DNA of 64,000 nucleotides, taken from NCBI GenBank assembly GCA_965261975.1, contig CBDHEC010000010.1:10569-74568 (forward strand), written 5' to 3'. The translations under genes and the position numbers were made by a program. Below, one piece after another: positions 27,718-36,485 of the stretch; positions within the stretch are counted from its first letter, which is position 1; every line of letters begins with the position of its first letter. The DNA comes from Alphaproteobacteria bacterium. GTDB lineage: Bacteria > Pseudomonadota > Alphaproteobacteria > UBA6615. The notes beneath the pieces were generated by a model, which ran no database searches, was not told the DNA's origin, and saw nothing but the letters and a program-made list of their open reading frames with translations.

Positions 27718-28896
27718 ATGCAAATCACCGATATCCGCGAAACCGCGATCCCCCTTAACTCGAACCTGCGCAACGCGGTGTTCGATTTCAGCCAGATGAC
27801 AACCTCCATCGTCGCCGTAATCACCGACGTCATCCGCGATGGAAAACCCGTGGTCGGCTATGCCTTCAACTCCACCGGTCGCTATGCCTGCGGGGCGCAG
27901 ATGCGGTCCCGCTTCATCCCGCGGATCATGGACTCGGACCCGGACAGCCTGATCGACGAGGCGCGCAACAATCTCGACCCCGAGGCCATCCTGGCCGCGA
28001 TGATGCAGGGCGAGAAACCCGGCGGACATTCCGACCGATCCGTGGGCATCGGTACGATCGAAGTCGCCGTGTGGGACGCAATCGCGAAGATCGAGGAGAA
28101 ACCTGCCTATCAATCCATCGCCGACCGCTACAATCCCGGCGGCGCGAAACCCGACATGTTCGTCTATGTGGGCGGCGGCTGGTACGCACCGGGCAAGGGC
28201 ATTCCCGAGCTGCTGGACGAGATGCGCGGCTATCTCGACATGGGCTACACCCAGCTCAAGATGAAGGTGGGCGGCGCGTCCGTCGCCGAAGACATCGAGC
28301 GGCTCGAAGCCGTGCTGAATCTGGTCGGTAATGACGGCTGGAACCTGGCCGTGGACGCCAATTGCGGCCTGACGGACGATGAAGCCCGCGCCTACGCAAA
28401 AGCATTATCGCCCTACAAACTGCGCTGGTACGAAGAGCCGACCGACCCGCTCGACTTCGCGCTCATGGCCGAACTCGCGGATATTTATGAGCCGCCGCTG
28501 GCCACCGGTGAGAACCTGTTTTCGCAACAGGACATGCAGAATCTCGTGACCTTCGGCGGCATGCGCCAGAATCACGACGTCCTGCAGATCGACCCGCCGC
28601 AAAGCTACGGCGTGGTCGCCGTCGCGCGCACGGTCAACATGCTGAACGCCCGGGGCTGGGCGGCCGGGAACTCGGTCATGCCCCATGGCGGCAACCAGAT
28701 GTCGCTGCACATCGCCGCCGGCTTGGGCATGCTGCTGTGCGAATCCTACCCCAACACCTTCGGAATGTTCTCCGGCTTCGCGGATGATGCGGAAATTATC
28801 GACGGCTACCTCAAGCTCGACCCGGACCGGCCAGGGATCGGCTTCGAGGCCCAGGCCGACCTCTATAAGGTGATGTCGGAACTTTCCGCAGGCTAG
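27718..28896 (+). CDS. Mandelate racemase/muconate lactonizing enzyme (enolase superfamily) protein
   Basis: KMKVGG...DANCGL...WYEEP...D barrel-domain metal-ligand pattern; start at ATG 27718. Confidence 0.8.
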   Translation: MQITDIRETAIPLNSNLRNAVFDFSQMTTSIVAVITDVIRDGKPVVGYAFNSTGRYACGAQMRSRFIPRIMDSDPDSLIDEARNNLDPEAILAAMMQGEKPGGHSDRSVGIGTIEVAVWDAIAKIEEKPAYQSIADRYNPGGAKPDMFVYVGGGWYAPGKGIPELLDEMRGYLDMGYTQLKMKVGGASVAEDIERLEAVLNLVGNDGWNLAVDANCGLTDDEARAYAKALSPYKLRWYEEPTDPLDFALMAELADIYEPPLATGENLFSQQDMQNLVTFGGMRQNHDVLQIDPPQSYGVVAVARTVNMLNARGWAAGNSVMPHGGNQMSLHIAAGLGMLLCESYPNTFGMFSGFADDAEIIDGYLKLDPDRPGIGFEAQADLYKVMSELSAG

Positions 28897-28953
28897 TTCC
28901 ATAACAACCACGGGGCGCCAGACCCCGATGCAAATTCCAGGGAGTGCTAAGCC

Positions 28954-30132
28954 ATGATGTTCGAATATTTCCCCGACAATTATCCATGGTCGATGGCCGC
29001 CGTTATGGCCATCAACGCCGGCGCCGTGCTGTCGGAAGTCGATGAGGCCCTGAAACCGCTCAAGCCCATGGCGGCGGCAAACGACGATGCCGCCAATGAT
29101 GCCTGGCACAAACAGTGGATGATGCTCGGTGAACGCAGCGAACGCCTCGCCGACGAGGACGACGCGGCCGGGCGCCGGATCAGCGCCAGCGCCAAGTATC
29201 TGCGCGCGGCGGTGTATTTCATGACCGCCGAGCGCATGTGCAAATCCGAAGCACCGATCCGGATCGAGACCTACAAACACATGCTCGACGTCTTCCGCAA
29301 AGGCGTGGAGCGCCAGGACGGGCCGGCCGAGTGGGTCGAGGTGCCCTATTCGCACAATGGCGAGGACACGACGCTACCCGCACTGTTCTATCCCGCCGAC
29401 GCGGACGCCGTGACCGGTGACGGCCCGCCGCCCTGCATCATTCATTTCGACGGCCTGGATGTGATGAAGGAGTTTCTCTACCTGGCCGGGGTCGCACGCG
29501 CCTATGCCGCGCGCGGCATCTCGACCCTGCTGATCGACCATCCCGGCGTCGGCGAGGCGTTGCGCCTGCGCGGCCTGAAGCTGTTTCCCGAAACCGAGGT
29601 GCCGGCCGGTGCCGCCATGGATTATCTCGAAACGCGCGGCGACGTGGACTCGGACCGGGTCGGCATGGCCGGCATCAGCCTGGGCGGTTACTACGTGCCG
29701 CGCGCGGCGGGTTTCGAGCATCGCCTGAAATGCGCGATCGCCTGGGGGGCGATTAACGACTACGGCAAGATCACCCGCGGCCGCCTGGACGGAACCGGCA
29801 CCAAATTGTCTGTTTCGCACTGGGAAGAGCACATGAACTGGGTGTTCGGCACCAACTCGGCCGAAGAGATTCTCGAAGTCGTGGATCGTATGAACCTCGC
29901 CGAAGCCGTCCCCAACATCGAGTGCCCGCTGCTGGTGGTGCATGGCGAAGGAGACCGGCAGATTCCGCTGGAAATGGCGCAAAAGACCATCCGCGAGGCC
30001 GTCAAAAGCCCACGGGCAGAGCTCAAGGTGTTCACCCCGGACGACGGCGGCATCGAGCATTGCCAGGTCGATCACGGTGCGCTGGCCGTTGAATATATGG
30101 CCGATTGGGCGGCCGACGTGCTGGGCTCGTGA
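28954..30132 (+). CDS. Alpha/beta hydrolase with N-terminal cap domain (2,6-dihydropseudooxynicotine-hydrolase-like C-C hydrolase family)
   Basis: GISLGG nucleophile elbow, His near C-terminus (IEHCQVDHG); cap region YLRAAVYFMTAER resembles DHPON hydrolase family (recollection). RBS AGGGAG. Confidence 0.65.
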   Translation: MMFEYFPDNYPWSMAAVMAINAGAVLSEVDEALKPLKPMAAANDDAANDAWHKQWMMLGERSERLADEDDAAGRRISASAKYLRAAVYFMTAERMCKSEAPIRIETYKHMLDVFRKGVERQDGPAEWVEVPYSHNGEDTTLPALFYPADADAVTGDGPPPCIIHFDGLDVMKEFLYLAGVARAYAARGISTLLIDHPGVGEALRLRGLKLFPETEVPAGAAMDYLETRGDVDSDRVGMAGISLGGYYVPRAAGFEHRLKCAIAWGAINDYGKITRGRLDGTGTKLSVSHWEEHMNWVFGTNSAEEILEVVDRMNLAEAVPNIECPLLVVHGEGDRQIPLEMAQKTIREAVKSPRAELKVFTPDDGGIEHCQVDHGALAVEYMADWAADVLGS

Positions 30133-30156
30133 AGGCGATGATTCAGAGCAATTGAC

Positions 30157-30176
30157 TCAATCAAACGCTTGATTGA
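30157..30176. promoter_or_regulatory. Candidate TetR operator: 20-bp palindrome TCAATCAA-ACGC-TTGATTGA embedded in a sigma70-like promoter
   Basis: Perfect 8-bp arms, 4-nt spacer, 45 nt upstream of the TetR GTG start; flanked by TTGACT (-35-like) and GAATAT (-10-like) at 17-nt spacing. Confidence 0.55.
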
Positions 30177-30220
30177 ATATTCTTCCCGATCGTCCGGTCA
30201 ACGGACGGCAGGGAGGAACA

Positions 30221-30925
30221 GTGACGGCACTTCCAATCGAAGATGCTGGTATTGCCCCGGGGCCAAGGGGCGAAGCCACGCGCCAACGGATACTCGACGC
30301 AGCCGAACGGTTGTTCTCCGAGCACGGTATCAATGGTGTGTCCCTGCGCACGATCACGGCAGAGGCCGGCGCCAACTCAGCCGCCGCCAATTATCATTTT
30401 GGATCCAAGAAAGGCCTGCTCGACGCGGTGTTCGAGCGACATGCGACCGGCATGGCCGAGGAACGCGCGAAGCTGCTTGCGGATTGTCGCGATGCGCCGG
30501 GCCGCCCGCCGCTCATGGAGCAGATCATATCGGCGTTTCTCGAGCCGGGCATGCGCGGCGAACATGGTGGCGCGACCTTCGCGCGCCTGCGCGGACGCAT
30601 GTTGGCGGAGAGCAGCGATCAGACCCGTGAGCTCTATGCGCTTCATTTGAATGATTCGACCGGGCGGTTCCTGGATGCGATCGGCGCGGCGCTGCCTGCT
30701 TTGCCGGCGCATGACCTGCACTGGCGCTTCCACATGATGCTCGGCGCTATGGTCTACACCCTTGCAAATCCCGGCCGCATTCAAATTCTGACCGAGGGTG
30801 CGTGTGACCCCTCGGACCCCGATCAAGCATTGGACTATCTGGTCCCGATGCTCGCCCAAATATTCTCCGGCCCACCAATCGCAGATGCGGTGAATCCGGT
30901 GGAAATGCTGCGAACTGTCAACTAG
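30221..30925 (+). CDS. TetR/AcrR family transcriptional regulator
   Basis: HTH block ILDAAERLFSEHGINGVSLRTITAEAGANSAAANYHFGSKKGLL; start assigned to GTG 30221 directly after GGGAGGAACA (track start 30173 is TTG inside the palindrome). Confidence 0.8.
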   Translation: MTALPIEDAGIAPGPRGEATRQRILDAAERLFSEHGINGVSLRTITAEAGANSAAANYHFGSKKGLLDAVFERHATGMAEERAKLLADCRDAPGRPPLMEQIISAFLEPGMRGEHGGATFARLRGRMLAESSDQTRELYALHLNDSTGRFLDAIGAALPALPAHDLHWRFHMMLGAMVYTLANPGRIQILTEGACDPSDPDQALDYLVPMLAQIFSGPPIADAVNPVEMLRTVN

Positions 30926-30957
30926 CCCAAACGATACGTCAGAAGGAAAACACGACG

Positions 30958-31941
30958 ATGGCAAACCCGAACAGCGATATGCGCGTCACCCACGATCTGC
31001 TCGAGGAATACGCACAGAAGTACAAGAACTGGGGAAAATGGGGAGATGATGACGAAATCGGAACGCTGAATCATACTTCCGAAGCAGACGTCGTCGGCGC
31101 CGCCCAACTCGTCAAGAAGGGCAAGGTCATGTCCATGGGCCTTAACTACGATCAGTACGGCCCACAGGGTGCCAAAACACCCTACCCCCAGATGGGCCGG
31201 TTCAACCCGATACACATGATGTTGCGCACGGGCACTGACGCCTATTCCGGCGTGCTCGATCATCGCGGCATTCGCGGCGCGGACGACATGGTGATGATGC
31301 CGCTCCAGTGCGGCACCCAGTGGGACGGCCTCGGCCATGTCTTCTACAAGGACTTCATGTGGAACGGCTATGACTGCCGCGAGGTCACGACGGCGGGTGC
31401 CCAGAAAGCCGGCATCGAGAAAACCAAGTCCCGAATGACCGGCCGCGGCGTATTCCTCGACATGGCACGGGTCAAGGGCGTCGAATGCCTGGAGGACGGC
31501 TACCCGATCACTTGCGACGACCTGGACGAAGCCTGCGAAAAGCAAGGCGTCGAGGTGCGCGAAGGCGACTTCGTGGTTCTGCGTACGGGAATGATGGAAC
31601 GTTGCCTGGACGAGGGCAGCTGGGACGGATACTGCGGTGGCGATGCGCCAGGCCTCGCGTTCGAGACCATCGACTGGATCTCGAAGAAAGGAATCGCCGC
31701 CTACGCGTCGGACACGTGGGGCAACGAAGTACGCCCGTGTGAAACCGACGAGAACATCAATCAGCCCTGGCACTGGATCGTCATTCCGATCATGGGCCTA
31801 ACCATGGGCGAGATTTTCTATCTCAAGGACATCGCCGACGACTGCGAAGAGGACAAGGTCTACGAGTTCATGTTTGTTGCCCCCGCCCTGCCGATTACCG
31901 GTGCGGTGGGTTCGCCGGTCAATCCGCTGGCAATTAAATAA
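30958..31941 (+). CDS. Cyclase family protein (kynurenine formamidase-like), second copy
   Basis: 327 aa; HxGTHxDA-type motif region (MMPLQCGTQWDGLGH) and metal-binding Asp/His pattern; RBS AAGGAAAAC. Confidence 0.75.
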   Translation: MANPNSDMRVTHDLLEEYAQKYKNWGKWGDDDEIGTLNHTSEADVVGAAQLVKKGKVMSMGLNYDQYGPQGAKTPYPQMGRFNPIHMMLRTGTDAYSGVLDHRGIRGADDMVMMPLQCGTQWDGLGHVFYKDFMWNGYDCREVTTAGAQKAGIEKTKSRMTGRGVFLDMARVKGVECLEDGYPITCDDLDEACEKQGVEVREGDFVVLRTGMMERCLDEGSWDGYCGGDAPGLAFETIDWISKKGIAAYASDTWGNEVRPCETDENINQPWHWIVIPIMGLTMGEIFYLKDIADDCEEDKVYEFMFVAPALPITGAVGSPVNPLAIK

Positions 31942-32038
31942 CGGGACGCAAGAGTAAATTTATCTGTCCCAAGTCCACCGTACCGGTAGGATGGTCTGCA
32001 ACAACGGACCGGAAATGCAGGTCACGGATGTTTGTGAG

Positions 32039-32068
32039 GGTTGGCCTTGACCCGTTCCAGGGCCAACC
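32039..32068 (+). promoter_or_regulatory. Stem-loop upstream of dctP (GGTTGGCC-N14-GGCCAACC)
   Basis: 8-bp perfect inverted repeat in the 179-nt cyclase/dctP intergenic region, about 55 nt upstream of dctP ATG; not followed by a T-run. Confidence 0.4.
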
Positions 32069-32120
32069 GCAGAGTTAATCCAAGGACGGGGGAGCGCTCA
32101 ACGTCTCTAGGGAGGATCAA

Positions 32121-33314
32121 ATGCGCAAAACACTTCTAGCAACCACCAGCCTGGCTATGGGCATGGTACTGGCCATCGGATCGGCTGCCGCCGGCCCGGT
32201 CGGCGACACCGTCGAAGAATCCAAGGAAAACGCGAAAGTCGTCCTCGACTGGCTCGAGGGCGAAGCACCGAGCTACGGCACAAACAACGTGTCCTATGAT
32301 GGCCCGGTCATCGAGTTCCGCTCGACCAGCCACATTCCGGCCGTCGCGGGTCTGGCCAAGATGCAGATCAAGGGTTTCAACAACCTTGAGAAGATGTCGG
32401 GCGGCAAGATCAAGGTCTCGACCACCTGGTCCCAGTCGGTCCACGGCGTTCGCGAAGGCCGCAAGGCGGTCCGTACCGGTCTGTCCGATCAGGCACCTTG
32501 CTTCTCGCTCTACACGGCACGCGACTACAAAGTGGTTGGCGGACTGGGACTGCCGTTCCTGTTCAACAACTCGCATGAAGCCGTCGCCACGGCGGAGGCT
32601 CTCTATCCGAAATATCTGAAGGATGAGTTCGAGCGCTTCAAGGTCAAGATCATGCGCGAGGCGCATACCGGACCGTACCATCTGTACAACAACAAGCCGG
32701 TTCGCACGCTTGCCGACGTTCAGGGCATGAAGGTTCGTGCCGGTGGTGGTACGCACGCACAGATCATCGGTGCGCTGGGTGCGACCCAGGTGTCCATGCC
32801 AGGTGCTTCGGCCTACACGGCCGTGCAGCGTGGCACGCTCGACGCGATCCACTTCAACGACGCCGCGGCGCTGATCTTCAAGCTCCACGAAGTCTCGAAG
32901 TACCGCACGGAGAACGGCTTCAACGTGCTGACGATCGAATACTGCATGTCCGCCGATTGGTTCGACGATCTGCCGGCTGACCTGCAGGTTGTCGTCAACA
33001 ACTGGGGCCGCCAGATGGCGATCGCCGAGGCCGTCGCCTTCTACGATTATGGCGGTCTGGTCAACACCAAGAAGATGGAAGGTATGGGCCTCGAGTCCAT
33101 CGACATGGGCCAAGCCGAGCTCGACAAGTGGAAAGCCGCCGTCGCGGGTGTCGAGGCAGCCTGGGTTGCGGATGCCGAGAAGAAGGGCGTTCCGGCCAAG
33201 GCCATGATGGCTGACATTCGCACCAATGCCGCGAAGTTTGCTGGCATGTCCATGAACGAGATCATGAATCAGGCGATTCACAATCCCGTCCAAGGCATGT
33301 ACGACATGAAGTAA
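32121..33314 (+). CDS. dctP: TRAP transporter substrate-binding protein (DctP family)
   Basis: 397 aa with signal peptide MRKTLLATTSLAMGMVLAIGSAAA; DctP-type SBP; RBS GGGAGGA; followed by dctQ and dctM. Confidence 0.85.
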   Translation: MRKTLLATTSLAMGMVLAIGSAAAGPVGDTVEESKENAKVVLDWLEGEAPSYGTNNVSYDGPVIEFRSTSHIPAVAGLAKMQIKGFNNLEKMSGGKIKVSTTWSQSVHGVREGRKAVRTGLSDQAPCFSLYTARDYKVVGGLGLPFLFNNSHEAVATAEALYPKYLKDEFERFKVKIMREAHTGPYHLYNNKPVRTLADVQGMKVRAGGGTHAQIIGALGATQVSMPGASAYTAVQRGTLDAIHFNDAAALIFKLHEVSKYRTENGFNVLTIEYCMSADWFDDLPADLQVVVNNWGRQMAIAEAVAFYDYGGLVNTKKMEGMGLESIDMGQAELDKWKAAVAGVEAAWVADAEKKGVPAKAMMADIRTNAAKFAGMSMNEIMNQAIHNPVQGMYDMK

Positions 33315-33373
33315 CGGAGGTTTCGTCCGGCCGGCGCCCGCGCCGGCCGGACACCTTCTGAAAGGCTCCTACG

Positions 33374-33895
33374 ATGGATAAAGTCGAAAAAGCGTTCCTG
33401 TTCATTTCCAGAAATCTCGACAAACTCGGCGGGCTCATTGTCCTGCCCGCGATTTCACTGATCGTGATCATCGATGTGTTCAAACGCTATGCGCTGAACG
33501 ATCCCTGGATCTGGAGCCTTGAGTTCAACGAGTGGATGCTGCTGCTGATTTTTGCGTTCGCCATTCCTGAGTGCACCCGCCAAAACGGCCATGTGCGCAT
33601 GGAGCTGTTGATCTCCAATCTTCCCAAACGCAGCCAGGAGGCGATGGACGTCGTCTATATCCTGTGCGCGATTACCCTTTTCTATCTCCTGGGCCACCAT
33701 GCCTGGGAAGAGTTCCTGTTCGACTATGAACTGGGGCGTATCACCGAATTCGTTCGCTTGCCCATCTGGGGCCACCATCTGGCGATCTTCGGCATGTGCG
33801 TCATCCTGATCATCTATTACGTGCTGAGGCTTGTCGCCACGATCTTCAATTTCGGAGAGTTTACGCGGACCGAATCCGTCGGGCTGGAGGAATAG
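33374..33895 (+). CDS. dctQ: TRAP transporter small permease (DctQ family)
   Basis: 173 aa, 4 TM helices, between dctP and dctM. Confidence 0.85.
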   Translation: MDKVEKAFLFISRNLDKLGGLIVLPAISLIVIIDVFKRYALNDPWIWSLEFNEWMLLLIFAFAIPECTRQNGHVRMELLISNLPKRSQEAMDVVYILCAITLFYLLGHHAWEEFLFDYELGRITEFVRLPIWGHHLAIFGMCVILIIYYVLRLVATIFNFGEFTRTESVGLEE

Positions 33896-33898
33896 ACG

Positions 33899-35314
33899 AT
33901 GACCAGATCCATTAATTTCCCTGCGCTGAGCGTGCTCGTAGTCATCCTGCTCGCCGCCGCCCTCTTCAGCGCCACGGGTTCGCTTGAGACCCTCAAGTCG
34001 GTCGACAAGAGCGTCATCGGCCTGATTGCCTTCGGGGCCATGATGATTCTGATCGTGCTCGGCGTCCCCATCGGTTTCGCGATGCTGGCAACGGCCGTGG
34101 CCGGTTTCTTCGTCGTCGGGCGATCGAATTTCGCCGAAACACAGCTATCGATCACCTTCATCGAGCAGGGGACGAGCTTCGTATTCGTGGCGGTGCCCCT
34201 CTATTTCATGATGGGACAGCTCGTCCAGCGAACGAATATCGCCTACGACCTCTATGAGTGCGTCTATCGCTGGCTGGGCCGCTTGCCCGGCGGCCTGGCG
34301 ATCTCGTCGGTCGTCGCCTGTGGCGGTTTCGGTGCGGTGTCCGGCGGCAGTGTCACCGCGGTCGCGACCATGGCCCCGATGTGTATCCCGGCGATGCGTC
34401 GCTACAATTATGACGATTCACTGGCGACCGGCAGCGTGAGTGCCGCCGGCACGCTGGGCATCCTCATCCCGCCGAGCATCATCATGATCGGCTACGGCAT
34501 CCTGACCGAAACCTCGATCGGCGCGCTGTTCATCGCCGGCATCATTCCCGGCGTCCTGATGACCATCGGTTACTCGGCCACCATCGCGATCAAATGCATG
34601 ATCAACCCTGAATTGGGACCGGTGGGCGAAAAATACACCATGGGTGAGAAGATCCGGTCGTTAACGAAAGTGACGCCGATCTTCCTGACATTCATCATCG
34701 TGATCGGCGGCATCTACACCGGCATCTTCACGCCGACCGAGGCCGCCGGTGTCGGCGTGTTCGCGCTGATCGGCATCGCCCTGTTCATGCGGCGCCTGAA
34801 TCTCACCAACTTCAAGGAATCCCTGCTCAAATCCATGCACACCTCGGCGATGATCTTCGTGATCATCATCGGCGGTCACATGATGGGCAAATTCGTGGTT
34901 CTCACCGGCCTGACCACGGGCGTCGTGGACTGGATCACGGCGGCCCAGTTCTCGCCGCTGATGGTCATGTTGATGATCAGCCTGCTGTTCATCGTGCTCG
35001 GCATGGTGCTGGATGTCTGGGGCATGTTGATCCTGACCATCCCGTTCACGATGCCGATCATCCTGGACCTGGGCTACAGCCCGGTCTGGTACGGCGTCTA
35101 TGCGGTGATCATGGCCGAGCTGGCGCTGATCACACCGCCGGTCGGGATCAATGTCTATGTGATGGCGAAGATGGCACCCGACGTGCCGTTGATTAAGATT
35201 TTCAAGGGTGTCGCACCCTTCTTCATCTTCACGCTGATCCTCGTCGCGCTGATCACCCTGTTCCCCGAGATCGTGCTGTTCCTGCCGCGCACCGCGGGCA
35301 TGGGCGTCTTCTGA
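33899..35314 (+). CDS. dctM: TRAP transporter large permease (DctM family)
   Basis: 471 aa, about 12 TM helices; RBS GGAGGAA. Confidence 0.9.
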   Translation: MTRSINFPALSVLVVILLAAALFSATGSLETLKSVDKSVIGLIAFGAMMILIVLGVPIGFAMLATAVAGFFVVGRSNFAETQLSITFIEQGTSFVFVAVPLYFMMGQLVQRTNIAYDLYECVYRWLGRLPGGLAISSVVACGGFGAVSGGSVTAVATMAPMCIPAMRRYNYDDSLATGSVSAAGTLGILIPPSIIMIGYGILTETSIGALFIAGIIPGVLMTIGYSATIAIKCMINPELGPVGEKYTMGEKIRSLTKVTPIFLTFIIVIGGIYTGIFTPTEAAGVGVFALIGIALFMRRLNLTNFKESLLKSMHTSAMIFVIIIGGHMMGKFVVLTGLTTGVVDWITAAQFSPLMVMLMISLLFIVLGMVLDVWGMLILTIPFTMPIILDLGYSPVWYGVYAVIMAELALITPPVGINVYVMAKMAPDVPLIKIFKGVAPFFIFTLILVALITLFPEIVLFLPRTAGMGVF

Positions 35315-35342
35315 TCGGGTCGGGTTTAGGCGACTTCAGAAA

Positions 35343-35921
35343 CTAGCGAAGCGCGCGGCGTTTCGGGTCCGGGGCAGCCTCCGGACCCGCATCTGCGTTT
35401 GCAGGAATCGGCGCCGTCAGTCTGGGCAACGGTGTCACTGTCGGTTCGGGTGCTGCCGAACCGCGCATATCATCCTCGACCGGAATCTGGCGGCGGCGGC
35501 GATCCGGGCCTGTGAACGATTTGGTCCGAACGAATGGACGCGGGTTGGCCAATAAACTGTTCAGCCGCGCGCCCACGCCCTTGACCGTCACCGGCTTGGC
35601 CAGAAATTCGGTCACACCGGCGTCACGTGCGGCCTCGACATGGTGCTTTTCCGAGTATCCGGTAATCATGAGAACCGGGATCCGCGTTGCCGGATGGGTC
35701 GGATCATCGCGCAGCATACGGGTGAATTCGAGACCGTTGATCGGCTCCATCATCATGTCGGTGATGATAACGTCGGGAATCATCAGCTTGCTGTCATTCA
35801 GCGCCGTTACACCGTTGCTGGCTTCATGCACCTGGGCGACAGAAAGCGCCTCCAGAATGCTGCGCAGCAAGCGGCGCATATGATCGTTATCGTCAACGAT
35901 CATCACCACGAGACCCGACAT
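35343..35921 (-). CDS. Orphan single-domain response regulator (REC) with about 70-aa Pro/Ala-rich C-terminal tail
   Basis: REC motifs DD...D (MIVDDNDHM; phospho-acceptor region IITDMMMEP) ...K (LAKP); tail contains FTGPDRRRRQIP; start at ATG 35921 (MSGLVVMIV). No kinase gene adjacent. Confidence 0.75.
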   Translation of the reverse strand: MSGLVVMIVDDNDHMRRLLRSILEALSVAQVHEASNGVTALNDSKLMIPDVIITDMMMEPINGLEFTRMLRDDPTHPATRIPVLMITGYSEKHHVEAARDAGVTEFLAKPVTVKGVGARLNSLLANPRPFVRTKSFTGPDRRRRQIPVEDDMRGSAAPEPTVTPLPRLTAPIPANADAGPEAAPDPKRRALR

Positions 35922-36124
35922 ATCAGTGCCGTTCAGATTGGTCACAAGCTTCCCCGGTATTTGAACTCTGGTATCTGGTGAACAGATGCGCGTAAAAATA
36001 TCCAACTACCGCTAAACTAGTGGTTGTTTGGTTAACAAAAGCTTTCGGAACACAGATTGTGCCGCGCGCACCCAGCCCGGCCCAAAACGCCGTATCTCCG
36101 AAGCACCGATGGAAGGAAACAGAC

Positions 36125-36478
36125 ATGAGCGACAGCGTCGACATCTATCACAACCCCCGTTGCAGCAAATCGCGGGCGACCCTGGAACTCCTGGAGTCGC
36201 GGGGAATTGAGGTTTCGGTCATCGAATATCTGAAAGAACCGCCGGACGATATCGAACTGCGCCAGTTGCTCGACCTGCTGGGCATGTCCGCACGCGAACT
36301 CCTGCGAACCGGCGAAGCGGCATACAAGGAACTCAACCTCGCCGATCCATCGAAAACCGAAGACGAGATCATCGCGGCGATCCTCGAACACCCGATCCTG
36401 ATGGAACGACCGATCGTGACGACAAACAGCAAGGCGCGCCTCGGCCGCCCGCCCGAAGCGGTCCTGGAAATTCTCTAG
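36125..36478 (+). CDS. arsC: Arsenate reductase, glutaredoxin-coupled ArsC family (or ArsC/Spx-family thiol reductase)
   Basis: 117 aa IYHNPRCSKSRATLELLESRGIEVSVIEYL...HPILMERPIV closely parallels E. coli R773 ArsC (IYHNPACGTSR...HPILINRPIV); RBS GGAAGGAAA. Confidence 0.7.
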   Translation: MSDSVDIYHNPRCSKSRATLELLESRGIEVSVIEYLKEPPDDIELRQLLDLLGMSARELLRTGEAAYKELNLADPSKTEDEIIAAILEHPILMERPIVTTNSKARLGRPPEAVLEIL

Positions 36479-36485
36479 CCTTCCG

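Noticed and set aside
26140-33293. Several long minus-strand ORFs (26140..27591, 28405..29355, 29374..30075, 30922..31773, 32136..33293) opposite the ligase, hydrolase, cyclase and dctP genes
   Set aside because: In each case the plus-strand gene has a clear family signature and RBS. The minus-frame translations are low complexity.
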